Below, in pieces: positions 1 through 9,511 of a stretch of DNA of 37,579 bases. Source of the stretch: Candidatus Delongbacteria bacterium. GTDB lineage: Bacteria; UBA4055. Location of the stretch: NCBI GenBank assembly GCA_016937995.1, contig JAFGVM010000021.1:1-37579 (forward strand), written 5' to 3'. Under the pieces are notes generated by a model, which did no database searches, was not told the DNA's origin, and was given only the letters and a program-made list of their open reading frames with translations. Each line of letters opens with the position of its first letter. Within the stretch, counting starts at the first letter, position 1. Position numbers and translations under genes: made by a program.

Positions 1-1
1 T

Positions 2-802
2 GATTCTACTTACACATTAACTGTAACTGCATGGGATGTTTCAGGTAATACGGATGTAGAAACTCGTAGCATATTTATTCAAGCACCTTACATCAAAGTT
101 CTTACTCCTGCAACCCTTCCAACTGAAACTTTAATAATGGGTAAAGATTACGATATAACATGGGAAACAAATATTACCTCTGGAAATGTAAAAATAGAAT
201 TACTCAGTTCAAACACTTTAGTACAAGGAATAATCCCATCTACACCTACTGGTATCCCTAATGGAAGTTTTACTTGGACCGTAAATAATTTAATAGGTGA
301 TAATTTCAAAATTAGGGTTTCTGATGCTTCTACGCCTTCAATTTTTGGCGTAAGTGAAGTATTTTCAATAATACATTCAAATGATTTTGAATCAGGACTT
401 ACATATACTAATAGCGGTGTAGTTAATTGGGGAATTGCAACAGAATTAACTTCGAATTGTGCTAAAGCAATTGGTGAAAGTAATGGTAACATTACAAGCG
501 CTATCCTAACTTCAGGTGTTTTTAACGGTTTATTGTGCACTTCATTAACATTAACTTTTGATCAGAGCATTTCTATTAATAGTTCTAAAACTCCTAATTT
601 CGTAGTAGAATATTACAACGGAACAGCATGGAAGGTGATATATGATGTGGCTGCATCAACATCAGCTCCACAATCCTGTGCACTACCTAATCTGGCGGCA
701 GATATGCAGATACGATTCACCGCAAATATTTCAAAAAATGGTGGTATCGATTCTTGGTCTATCGACAACATTGTTGTATCAGGTACAACAGCAAAAAAAT
801 GA
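2..802 (+). CDS. 5'-truncated secreted Ig-domain protein (end of a bacterial Ig domain, Kre9-like Ser/Thr-rich Ig domain, C-terminal MAM/cleaved-adhesin-like jelly roll)
   Basis: The frame of ORF 137..802 is open back to base 2 (DSTYTLTVTAWDVSGN...), so Met137 is internal. Motifs YDITWETNITSGNVKIEL...FKIRVSD (also in the 9512 and 23123 proteins) and NDFESG...MQIRF...WSIDNIVVSG. Confidence 0.75.
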   Translation, partial: DSTYTLTVTAWDVSGNTDVETRSIFIQAPYIKVLTPATLPTETLIMGKDYDITWETNITSGNVKIELLSSNTLVQGIIPSTPTGIPNGSFTWTVNNLIGDNFKIRVSDASTPSIFGVSEVFSIIHSNDFESGLTYTNSGVVNWGIATELTSNCAKAIGESNGNITSAILTSGVFNGLLCTSLTLTFDQSISINSSKTPNFVVEYYNGTAWKVIYDVAASTSAPQSCALPNLAADMQIRFTANISKNGGIDSWSIDNIVVSGTTAKK

Positions 803-821
803 TAAAATAAGGAACAATAAC

Positions 822-1499
822 TTGACCAAGCAACTCATAATATTCTTCCTAATCTTCTCTACCCTCCTGCTCTCAAAACAGATACAGGGTAGCTATACTT
901 ACACTTATGGAGATAATGAATCATTGGTCAAAGCAAGACAGACATGCAAAGAGCTTGCAATCAGAAATGCAGTCGAAAGCTTCGCTGTATATCTTGAAAG
1001 CCGTTCTGAAATAGAAAATTACCAGACAAAGAAAGATAATATTATTTCTATATCACTCGGATTAGTTAAAAATATAAAAGTAACTACTAAAATAGAAGAT
1101 AAACTCGATAATTCTATCTACATCTGTGTAGAAGGCGAGATAAATGACAAAGAAGTATTAAAGCAGCTTAATAATGCTCACAGCTCTCCTAAAGTAACTA
1201 AAAACAAAATTGAAAAACCTGAATGGCAGAATTATACAGAACAGGATCTGGGATATCAGAAAACTGCATTACTTTCAAAAAATAAATATAAATGTTACAA
1301 AATAACCTTTGATAACTTTGGTAAATATGCCTCAGAAAAAGCTAAATCCGGTATTGTTTATTATTACGACAAAACAAACAGCTGGAAGATCAAGCAGGCA
1401 GGGATAGACAAGATGTTTTCTTCAAAGAAACAGGCAATTAAAGGATTATACGACAAACTGAAACTGATAAAAGACGCAAAGAACTTTATAACGAAATAA
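822..1499 (+). CDS. Exported protein with FlgT N-terminal/LPP20-like domain (225 aa)
   Basis: Start revised from 642 to TTG at 822: AAGGA at 809-813, signal peptide MTKQLIIFFLIFSTLLLS, no overlap with the previous gene. ARQTCKELAIRNAVE..AVYLES.S.I.NY....D.I.S.S.G.VKN matches the N-domain of the 29206 protein. Confidence 0.65.
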   Translation: MTKQLIIFFLIFSTLLLSKQIQGSYTYTYGDNESLVKARQTCKELAIRNAVESFAVYLESRSEIENYQTKKDNIISISLGLVKNIKVTTKIEDKLDNSIYICVEGEINDKEVLKQLNNAHSSPKVTKNKIEKPEWQNYTEQDLGYQKTALLSKNKYKCYKITFDNFGKYASEKAKSGIVYYYDKTNSWKIKQAGIDKMFSSKKQAIKGLYDKLKLIKDAKNFITK

Positions 1500-1529
1500 A
1501 AAAGAAAATAATAATTTAAAGGGGAATTT

Positions 1530-3383
1530 GTGAGAAAGATAATACTGATTTTGCTAATATTTATAGTTGTCAGTTTACAAGCTAACAATAAGGAAGTTAT
1601 AATTGACAAATCAAAGTACAGTAAACATTTAGATGGTGTTTCAATGAATATCTCTACAGGTGAAATTCAAGCTATAAGCGAAGATTTCGAACCTCCGGAA
1701 GGCTTTGAATTGTATGTTGATCCTGCAACAGACGGTATTTTCGATTTCTATGAATTTGATAGCAGCAAAAAGATCCTGTATATAGGTTATGGAACCGATA
1801 TCTTCAAAGACTGGGTAAAATACTTGGAAAAAGGTATATCTTTTAAACAGATGAACAAAAATGAATCGTTAGAGGGGTCTGTAGTATACATAGGCGGACT
1901 AAACGATGCTTGTATCTTGTTCATTAAAGCATACGATAAAAATTCGAGCAGTATGACTCTTATATGGGAGAATGCTGGAAAGTCAACAAATCAAAGTATC
2001 GCAGTTGAGACAACAAATAATGATCCGAATAAAACTAATAATGATATCGTAAAAACAAATGAGAATATTGATGTTCCCACTCAAAATTTTGAAGAAAAAA
2101 ATGAGGAAATACAAAAAACATCACAAATTGAAGAAAATAAAAATATTACAGATGCTCCTGAAAAAAGGACTGAAGAAATAATTATACCTGCGGAACAGGA
2201 GAACAAGAATTCAGATAAAACTTCTCCTATTAAGGTCAAATTAAAGAAACTAATAAATGATAATACTGCAAGTATAAGAAAAGTTTCTGATCCTTCAGGT
2301 AAAGCCTGTGCACTTATAAAAGTAATGACAGATATGAAAAATTTAAACTTTAACTCGGAACATCTTACTAAAGCTTCAAATTACAAGAATGGAGAATATA
2401 AGTTGTATGTTTCAAGTGAGATCAAAGAACTTAATATTACATGGGACTCAAATAATTTCAGATATAATTTTGAAACCCTGTTAGAACAGGAAAATACCTA
2501 CAGAATGACTATAATTCAAAATTATTTTTATCAGCAGACCACAGAAAGTAACAACAATGAAAAAAGTCCAGAACCCATAAAAGCCGATCCAGTTGTAAGC
2601 CAACCTAAAAAATCAAATCCGGATCTGAATTATGTTTATCAACCTGATATTGATATTCCTGATATTGATATGATCTTTGTTAAAGGTGGAAGATTTATCA
2701 TGGGGTCAAACAACAGTTTTGATAATAACAAACCAGAACACGAAGTATATGTCAATGATTTTTACATAAATAAAAATGAGGTAACTCAAAAATTATGGAA
2801 AGCGATATTACCAACTAAACCATTCCATGTAACAGGAGACAATTTTCCGGTAGATGTCGTAAACTGGTACGAAGCTGTTGAATTCTGTAATATTCTGAGT
2901 GAGAAAATGAAATACCAGCAATGTTATATTATAAATAAAAACACCGGCAACGAAAATCAATGGAATGTTATATGTAATTTCGATGCCAACGGTTTCAGAT
3001 TACCGACAGAAGCAGAATGGGAATATGTTGCAAAATACAATAACTTCTCAACTGAAAATATTAATCTGGATGATATTGCATGGTATAAAGACAACTCTCA
3101 GTTCATTTCACATCCTGTAGCAGATAAATCTCCTAATTCTTTAGGTATATACGATCTTTTCGGCAATGTTTCGGAATGGTGCTGGGACTGGTATCTTGAA
3201 GATTGCTATACTCTCGGTGTCAGTGATAATCCTACTGGTCCTGCGTTCGCTGAAACTAAAGTTCTGAGAGGTGGGTCAATGCTTAATACTTCAGATTATG
3301 TGTCCACTATTTCAAGAGAAAATAAATTACCGCATATAAATCAAACCCCTCACGGTTTCAGGCTGGTAAGAAGTAAAAAATAA
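1530..3383 (+). CDS. Exported FGE-sulfatase (SUMF1/CLec-fold) domain protein with internal shared ~100-aa module
   Basis: GTG start, signal peptide, N/E/K-rich linker. From 2670: MIFVKGGRFIMGS, P.HEV.V..FYI.K.EVTQ, GFRLPTEAEWEY, PNSLGIYDLFGNVSEWCWD, VLRGGS...GFRLVR. The catalytic Cys pair of true FGE is absent. Confidence 0.9.
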   Translation: MRKIILILLIFIVVSLQANNKEVIIDKSKYSKHLDGVSMNISTGEIQAISEDFEPPEGFELYVDPATDGIFDFYEFDSSKKILYIGYGTDIFKDWVKYLEKGISFKQMNKNESLEGSVVYIGGLNDACILFIKAYDKNSSSMTLIWENAGKSTNQSIAVETTNNDPNKTNNDIVKTNENIDVPTQNFEEKNEEIQKTSQIEENKNITDAPEKRTEEIIIPAEQENKNSDKTSPIKVKLKKLINDNTASIRKVSDPSGKACALIKVMTDMKNLNFNSEHLTKASNYKNGEYKLYVSSEIKELNITWDSNNFRYNFETLLEQENTYRMTIIQNYFYQQTTESNNNEKSPEPIKADPVVSQPKKSNPDLNYVYQPDIDIPDIDMIFVKGGRFIMGSNNSFDNNKPEHEVYVNDFYINKNEVTQKLWKAILPTKPFHVTGDNFPVDVVNWYEAVEFCNILSEKMKYQQCYIINKNTGNENQWNVICNFDANGFRLPTEAEWEYVAKYNNFSTENINLDDIAWYKDNSQFISHPVADKSPNSLGIYDLFGNVSEWCWDWYLEDCYTLGVSDNPTGPAFAETKVLRGGSMLNTSDYVSTISRENKLPHINQTPHGFRLVRSKK

Positions 3384-3398
3384 ATTATAAGGTAAAAA

Positions 3399-4481
3399 AT
3401 GAGAATTCTTGTAACAATAATGATGCTGATAAATGTAGTATTAGTTTTTTCGGGAATAAATACTCGTTATCACGATCTTTATCTAATTAACTCAACTTAT
3501 ATGATGAACAACGTACTGCAATATGAAGGCATGAGTGAATTCAATTCAGAGATCCTAGGCATAGATTACAATTCGTGTTATGATTTTAATGGAATAGTTG
3601 ATGTAAATCTGGACAGTAAAATTTCATTCAATCGTAACTTTATTGATGGATTTTATGAGTATGATTATAACCAGATATACACAGAAGGTGTTACCACTTT
3701 AATAGGTTATGAGTTCGATCAGTTCTACTCTACAAGGCAGGAGTATTATTTAAATTTCGGAGTTAACAGATTCATGACTGATTATGTTTTTGCCGGAGTA
3801 TCATTCCCTTTACATTTCAAAAGTTTTAACCTGCAGAAAGTCGAGAATAAAGATTCTTACAGTAAGGCAAAATTCGATTATCAAATCTCAGGCGGATTTG
3901 ATAATCGGATCTCAGGAATTCACCTTTTTTCTCCATGGAATAAATTTGAGCGGGGCTTTCTTTTATCATTTAGTTACGGAAAGGGTATAAGCTATGAAGC
4001 TTTTAGACAGGTACTTGATCCAGAAGAATTGCCTGTATATATGAATTTTAAACTCTCCAGATCATTTTTGATAAATAAATTTGATGCAATGCTTAAACTG
4101 AGGATCAATTTCCAAACTCAATCAAATGAGGATTACAATTTTATTTACTCTGATCATGACTTTACATACTATAAATGGACCGGCTTTAATATTTTCTATG
4201 CGCATGATTACAGCGCAAAAATAAATTGGAATACAGAGATCGGTTTAAAAATAGGTGAATTCAGAAAATACAATGATTCCAAAAATAATAGCGCTTCTGT
4301 TCTGAACTGGAACCTGGAAGCAAATTATTATTTAAGCAGTAAGATCAGGATTTACGGACAATTTGGTATAGAAAAATATCTATCTGTTGACAGTATTCCC
4401 GAAAATAAATATAACTTCGATCCGGCAATCACTTCTTTTAAATTTGGAGTTGATGTATATATCGATATAAAAAACTTATAA
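3399..4481 (+). CDS. Predicted outer-membrane beta-barrel protein, unknown function
   Basis: Signal peptide; aromatic-rich alternating strands (YYLNFGVNRF, FAGVSFP, WNTEIGLKIG, WNLEANYY, IRIYGQFGIE, FKFGVDVYI). Confidence 0.6.
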   Translation: MRILVTIMMLINVVLVFSGINTRYHDLYLINSTYMMNNVLQYEGMSEFNSEILGIDYNSCYDFNGIVDVNLDSKISFNRNFIDGFYEYDYNQIYTEGVTTLIGYEFDQFYSTRQEYYLNFGVNRFMTDYVFAGVSFPLHFKSFNLQKVENKDSYSKAKFDYQISGGFDNRISGIHLFSPWNKFERGFLLSFSYGKGISYEAFRQVLDPEELPVYMNFKLSRSFLINKFDAMLKLRINFQTQSNEDYNFIYSDHDFTYYKWTGFNIFYAHDYSAKINWNTEIGLKIGEFRKYNDSKNNSASVLNWNLEANYYLSSKIRIYGQFGIEKYLSVDSIPENKYNFDPAITSFKFGVDVYIDIKNL

Positions 4482-4498
4482 TCTGCAGGAGTTCTATT

Positions 4499-5933
4499 AT
4501 GAGAAACATAACATACGCAGTTTTAATTTTATCTTTTACATTGAATTTATTCGGTAATGTAATTGTTTTAAGAAAACCGCTCAAGTACAACATTCCTAAC
4601 AAATACAATGATTTTACTGTTGCTTCCAAGTCGGAAAGAAGTGAGATGCAGGAATGGCAAGCTTATTGCACATTAGAAGGAGCAGAAACGTTTACTGATC
4701 TGAATTCGCGACGAAAGTTCAAAACTTTAAACTTCTTTGACAAGTTTTACATCTGTGAGGAAGCTGGTGAATATGTTCGACTTTACAAAGCGGATGATTA
4801 TAATAGTAGTAACTTTGAATTAAGCAACGAAGTTGATTACGGTTGGGTACATAAAAAAGATCTGCTTTTATCACATCATTGCTTTGCTACAGATAATAGA
4901 TCGATAAACAAAAAAGCAATGATAGTTAATAGGATAGAGCACTTAAAAGCAAATGACTCAGGCGATAAAGCTAATATTCTTGCTTTTAGAAAAGGCCCCG
5001 GTAACAATTATGAAAACACTGGAAAAGAATCTGCACTTTTTAACTTCTTTTTCATTTATCAAAAAACTATAGTAAGCAATGCCGAGTGGTATCTTCTTGG
5101 TGTATCAGAGAGATTTTCTGATTTTAAGAAAAAGGATATTATCTACGGATGGGTTCCAGGATATAGGATGATAGAATGGGATAATAATGTTGTTTTAGAA
5201 CCAAATTGGGAACCGGAAGCAGTCAATGAAAGAAAAAACGGTATCCAGGCAGCCTTTTTCAACGATCCAATAGCTTTGAAAAAAATATCTAGATACAGGT
5301 GAAATTGGGAATGATTATATTTGGAAAGAACAGAATGTGAATAAAGAACCCGGATGGAGACCTAATGGAGAGTGGAAAAGATTCGCTTTACTTGAATCTA
5401 ATGCTAGAGAATTAAATAAAAATGAAATATATGCCGGAATTTCAGCAGAAGTTAAGTCTGAATTTGAAAATAATAATTCTTCATCAAATAAATTTGCAGA
5501 CAGTTTTGGTCCCGGAATGGACAAACTTCTTAATGATCTAGGGAATTCAGCAGAAGGTAATTTCGGGAATAAGTATCAGTTATACCACTTAGGTATTTCA
5601 GTTATGAGAGTACCTGGTCAAAAGTATGATCTGTTTAAAAAACTTCTATTTGTTTCATCTCGAGAACTTACAAATCTATTGAGTAATATTGAAGAACTGT
5701 TGGATAATTATGAAAAGAAAGATCTTTACAATTTTATGTACACTTACACTAATCTGTGTTATGGAGAAAAAGAGATCAAAGATCTTACAAATCAAGAATT
5801 TCGTGATATTATGAACAACGTTATTAAAAAATACGAGGAACTTAATAGAATTGTGAACGATAATAATTATAAATATAGCTTTGAAGTAGCAGATGCACGA
5901 TATTACTGGATCTCTGAAGACTTGTTCCCGTAA
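4499..5933 (+). pseudogene. TssR-like (Bacteroidota T6SS-iii accessory family) exported protein split by a +1 frameshift in an A7 run; fragments 4499..5302 and 5337..5933
   Basis: Removing one A from the run at 5279-5285 gives one 477-aa ORF (...ALKKYLDTGEIGNDYIWKEQNVNKEPGW...). Motifs YGWVHKKDLLL, KKAMIVN, FFFIY, IYGWVP..MIEW...LEPNW.P.AV.ER and terminal YYWISEDLFP resemble TssR as I recall it. Confidence 0.6.
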
Positions 5934-5988
5934 TTATTAATGTGATGTAAAAGATAAGTTAATTATAAAAAAAGCTAAAGGATATTCA

Positions 5989-7404
5989 ATGAATAAAATA
6001 ATGACTCTGATAGTCATTTTATCTGTGTCAATGATTTTTAGTAAAACATTTCAAGTTACTTCTTTTGCAGAAGATCCCTATGATAAAAGAGCACAGTATA
6101 GAAAAGTTCCGGATATTGACACTAACAAATGTGCTATGTTAAAAGTTGAAACTGATATCAGGGAAATTCAATTTAATTCAAGCGATATAAAACATATTAT
6201 TGACTATTCAATTTCAGAAAAAAATTATAGAATGTATATTCAACAGGGTGTCAATGGCATTAGTTTAAACAAAAGCGGTTATACAACATTTGATTATAAA
6301 TTTCCCGTAAATTTAAGGCCGGGTGTAAGTTATGTAATGCGGTTGGCAGAATCTGAATATGATAATACTTTTAATAGTCAGATATATACAACAACCGAGT
6401 ATAAACCGAAACCAGTCAAAGAAGAAAGGTTTGTATACGGCAATATCTCAGGTGTCGTAAAAGATGCATACAGTGGGAGTACTATTGATGACGTTAGTAT
6501 TATTATTAAAAAATCATCTACAATATTAAAACGAACTAACAATATTTCGAATGGTACTTTTAAAGTTGAATTGCCAGAGTATTATGATTATACAGCAGTA
6601 TTTCAAAAAGATGGATATCAAGCAGTTGAGTATCACAATATATCCGTAGAAGGTAATAGAATATCAAAACTTGAACCGATACTGCAGATAGACGAGAAAT
6701 ATTCAGGAAAAGGTCATATTGCAGGATATATATTTAATTCGATCAATAATGAACCGGTCATGGATGCGGAGATAAAGGTCAGAAAAGGAGTTAATACATT
6801 TACAGGAACAGTATTATACACTGCTAAAACTGATGCTGACGGTAATTACTATGTGAAAAATGTTGCTTCGGGCAACTATACGATAGAAGTGGGTAAAGAA
6901 GGTTACAGTGATTCCTGGTTTACTATAATATCGCTTGGTGGTGAGACGATTATTAATCAGAACACTACAATGTTACCTGATCTGGATGACGTACAGATCA
7001 GAGTAGTACTTACATGGGGAGATTCTCCAAGAGATCTTGATGCACACCTATTTGGTCCTGAAATGTTTCATATTTCCTGTAAAAAAAATAAATCTATTCA
7101 ATCCGGGGAAGTATCTGCAGAACTGGATTTTGATGATACTTATATGTATGGACCGGAAACAATTACAATTCATAAAAAATCCACAGAATCGTATGAATAC
7201 GTTGTTCAGGATTATACTAACAGAAAGAACAGTGACTCAAAATCCCTTTCAAATTCAGGTGCTAAAGTAAGAGTATACAGAGGACAAAATCTGCTTAAAA
7301 CTTTTTTTGTTCCAATGGGGAAATACGGCAATACTTGGAATGTATTTAAAATGCAGGATAGTAAGATAGTTCCAATTAACGAATTGACTAATGAAAAACA
7401 ATAG
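5989..7404 (+). CDS. Exported protein: shared N-module, two carboxypeptidase-regulatory-like domains, YfaP/DUF2135-like C-domain
   Basis: Signal peptide; GNISGVVKDA...F.K.GY and GHIAGYIFN...TDADGNY...GNYTIEV.KEGY; IRVVLTWGDSPRDLDAHL...LDFDD...GPETITI. Confidence 0.8.
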   Translation: MNKIMTLIVILSVSMIFSKTFQVTSFAEDPYDKRAQYRKVPDIDTNKCAMLKVETDIREIQFNSSDIKHIIDYSISEKNYRMYIQQGVNGISLNKSGYTTFDYKFPVNLRPGVSYVMRLAESEYDNTFNSQIYTTTEYKPKPVKEERFVYGNISGVVKDAYSGSTIDDVSIIIKKSSTILKRTNNISNGTFKVELPEYYDYTAVFQKDGYQAVEYHNISVEGNRISKLEPILQIDEKYSGKGHIAGYIFNSINNEPVMDAEIKVRKGVNTFTGTVLYTAKTDADGNYYVKNVASGNYTIEVGKEGYSDSWFTIISLGGETIINQNTTMLPDLDDVQIRVVLTWGDSPRDLDAHLFGPEMFHISCKKNKSIQSGEVSAELDFDDTYMYGPETITIHKKSTESYEYVVQDYTNRKNSDSKSLSNSGAKVRVYRGQNLLKTFFVPMGKYGNTWNVFKMQDSKIVPINELTNEKQ

Positions 7405-7413
7405 GAGAATAGT

Positions 7414-7995
7414 ATGAATAATAAAAAACCAACCGGTTCAAAAATAAAATTAATAGCTTTGAGTGTGATAATTTCATCTTTATTGATATCTTGTAGTTCC
7501 TATAAACATGTTACACGTCAGATAATAACTGAGTATCAGTTAGATACTAATGACAATCTTGAACGGGTTCAATATTATGTTGATGAACCGTTTTATCTAA
7601 TTAGAAGCGAAAAAATAATAGAAAGAGAGATAGATGCAAATTTAGAACTAACCAGACGTGTGCATGAAGAAACATTGCAGATTGATAAGGATACACCCGG
7701 AGTTGCTGTAAAAGGTGGAGAAGATTATATCGTTATTGATTTTGGAGAGGATATATTCTGTACATTCAAATTAGTTACAGGCATTGATGATGATAGAGAC
7801 AAATATCGCTTATCTCTGATCAATTCTGAGGATGTACGATATGGTAAGTTTCAAATAAAAGGAAAAAAATATAAAGTATTTTTTCCAAAAATGGAAAAAG
7901 GCAAACGTGTTATTCCTTTATTAAAATTCCATGAGAGCTCAACTGATTATAGCTCTAAGGATGTAAAGAAAATAAAAGGTAAAACGTTGCGATAA
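7414..7995 (+). CDS. Lipoprotein of unknown function
   Basis: Basic N-terminus, hydrophobic stretch, lipobox LIS-C; GGAG upstream of the ATG. Confidence 0.75.
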   Translation: MNNKKPTGSKIKLIALSVIISSLLISCSSYKHVTRQIITEYQLDTNDNLERVQYYVDEPFYLIRSEKIIEREIDANLELTRRVHEETLQIDKDTPGVAVKGGEDYIVIDFGEDIFCTFKLVTGIDDDRDKYRLSLINSEDVRYGKFQIKGKKYKVFFPKMEKGKRVIPLLKFHESSTDYSSKDVKKIKGKTLR

Positions 7996-8049
7996 GGTAA
8001 TTTACTATACTGTAAAAAATAACTGTCAAATAAAATAGTCGGGAATAAG

Positions 8050-9459
8050 ATGAAGAGAATAACAATAATTTTGGTCCTTTCGTTCTTTTGGAATTTGAAT
8101 TGTGCTACGTTTCAAGTAACATCATTTAAGGAAAATCATGGTGATAAAACTGCGCAGTTAAGACCCGTAAAAGATAAAAATAATAACAAATGTGCTTTGA
8201 TCAAGATAAATACAAATTTGAAATACATAAATTTTATTTCTAATCAAATAGTTAAATCCGGAAATTTTTCTGAAAATCAATATAAGATCTATGTTGAGGA
8301 AGGAATCAAAAACATTACATTAAAAAAAATTGGCTATGATCTATTGGATTATACTTTTCCTCAAAAGATAAAAGCAGGCATAGTTTATACACTTAATCTT
8401 GATAAAAATGAATTTGGTAACAATGGTTTCAACCCTGAAGGTTTTGACATTGAAGGATATGACAGAGATGGATACGATAAAAACGGGTACAACAAAGAAG
8501 GATTTAACAGAGAAGGTTTTAGCCGTGATGGATTTGATAGAGATGGGTACGATAAAACCGGATTCAACAGGGAAGGATTTAACAGAGAGGGTTACACTAA
8601 AGAGGGCATAAATTCTTTCTTAATTCCTGAACAAAGTCAAAATAAAAAGAAATATGATCCAGCAGGTTATGACAAAGATGGTTATGATAAAGACGGGTAT
8701 GATAGAGATGGTTATGACAAATATGGCTTTGACAAAGATGGATACGGCAGAGAAGGTTATGACAAAGACGGTTATAATTTGTACGGTTTTGATAGAAATA
8801 ATTTTAATAAATATGGCTACGACAAGTATGGTTACGATCATTCAGGTTTTGACCAACAGGGCTTCAGTAAAGATGGATATGATAAAAAAGGTTACGATAG
8901 GCAGGATTATGATAGAGACGGTTTTAATAAAGATGGTTATGACAGGTACGGATATGACGTTTATGGATATGACAAAAGGGGTTATAATATTGACGGCTAC
9001 AACCCGAACAAACCTATAAAAATGTGTTTGTCCGTAGAAAGTGCATTTCCTTTAGGTAAATTTGAAGATAACAGTGGAGAAGGTTACGGCATTTTCCTGA
9101 AAACATTTTATTCTCTTAATGGGTATTCTAGTGTCAGTTTAAAAGTCGGGTATTCATATTTTACTACTTCAAGAAACGTTCCTGATGACTGGACTGTAAA
9201 TTATATGCAGTCACCTTTAATGTTGGGATACAGGATTAAATTTACAAATAATATGTTTACAGAAGGTGAACTTGGAGTGAACTGGATCGGTGCAGTTATT
9301 GAAAATAAATTAGAAAACGCAGTATATGTTTCATATTCACAAGGAATAGGTTATAAATATCATGATCTTGAGTTTGCTGTAGGCTTCAATTCTATATTCA
9401 GCAATATTGAAAAAGGTGCATATCAGGCAGTTATTGGTCTTGGATATTATATATATTAG
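8050..9459 (+). CDS. Outer-membrane protein: shared N-module, G[YF][DN]xx pentapeptide repeats, small OmpA-like C-terminal beta-barrel
   Basis: Signal peptide; repeats at aa 126-320; last ~145 aa are amphipathic strands (AFPLGKF, VGYSYF, PLMLGYRI, GIGYKY) ending IGLGYYIY, a BAM-type aromatic terminus. Confidence 0.8.
   Translation: MKRITIILVLSFFWNLNCATFQVTSFKENHGDKTAQLRPVKDKNNNKCALIKINTNLKYINFISNQIVKSGNFSENQYKIYVEEGIKNITLKKIGYDLLDYTFPQKIKAGIVYTLNLDKNEFGNNGFNPEGFDIEGYDRDGYDKNGYNKEGFNREGFSRDGFDRDGYDKTGFNREGFNREGYTKEGINSFLIPEQSQNKKKYDPAGYDKDGYDKDGYDRDGYDKYGFDKDGYGREGYDKDGYNLYGFDRNNFNKYGYDKYGYDHSGFDQQGFSKDGYDKKGYDRQDYDRDGFNKDGYDRYGYDVYGYDKRGYNIDGYNPNKPIKMCLSVESAFPLGKFEDNSGEGYGIFLKTFYSLNGYSSVSLKVGYSYFTTSRNVPDDWTVNYMQSPLMLGYRIKFTNNMFTEGELGVNWIGAVIENKLENAVYVSYSQGIGYKYHDLEFAVGFNSIFSNIEKGAYQAVIGLGYYIY
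8425..9009 (+). repeat. Degenerate 15-bp coding repeat (G[YF][DN][KR][DE]) in two blocks of about 13 and 23 units
   Basis: Read directly from the translation (GFNPE GFDIE GYDRD GYDKN ... GYNID GYNPN); blocks 8425-8619 and ~8650-9009. Confidence 0.95.
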
Positions 9460-9490
9460 TTCCATGTACCCTGTATAATCATGGAGCTAA
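9456..9490 (+). other. Intergenic stem-loop without U-tract
   Basis: TTAGTTCCATG (9456-9466) pairs with CATGGAGCTAA (9480-9490), one G-U pair; the 13-nt loop contains TATAAT. Confidence 0.4.
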
Positions 9491-9511
9491 AGAAAACTGG
9501 GAAATAAAAAT

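Noticed and set aside
642-821. N-terminal extension of ORF 642..1499
   Set aside because: It overlaps the upstream gene; TTG at 822 has an RBS and yields a clean signal peptide.
1530-3383. Active formylglycine-generating enzyme or a complete DGR
   Set aside because: The catalytic cysteine pair is missing, and there is no sulfatase, reverse transcriptase or template repeat in the window.
8385-9019. Alternate-frame and antisense ORFs over the GYD repeat, and a possible CRISPR or satellite array
   Set aside because: These are shadows of a degenerate 15-bp coding repeat; there are no identical repeats with unique spacers and no cas genes.
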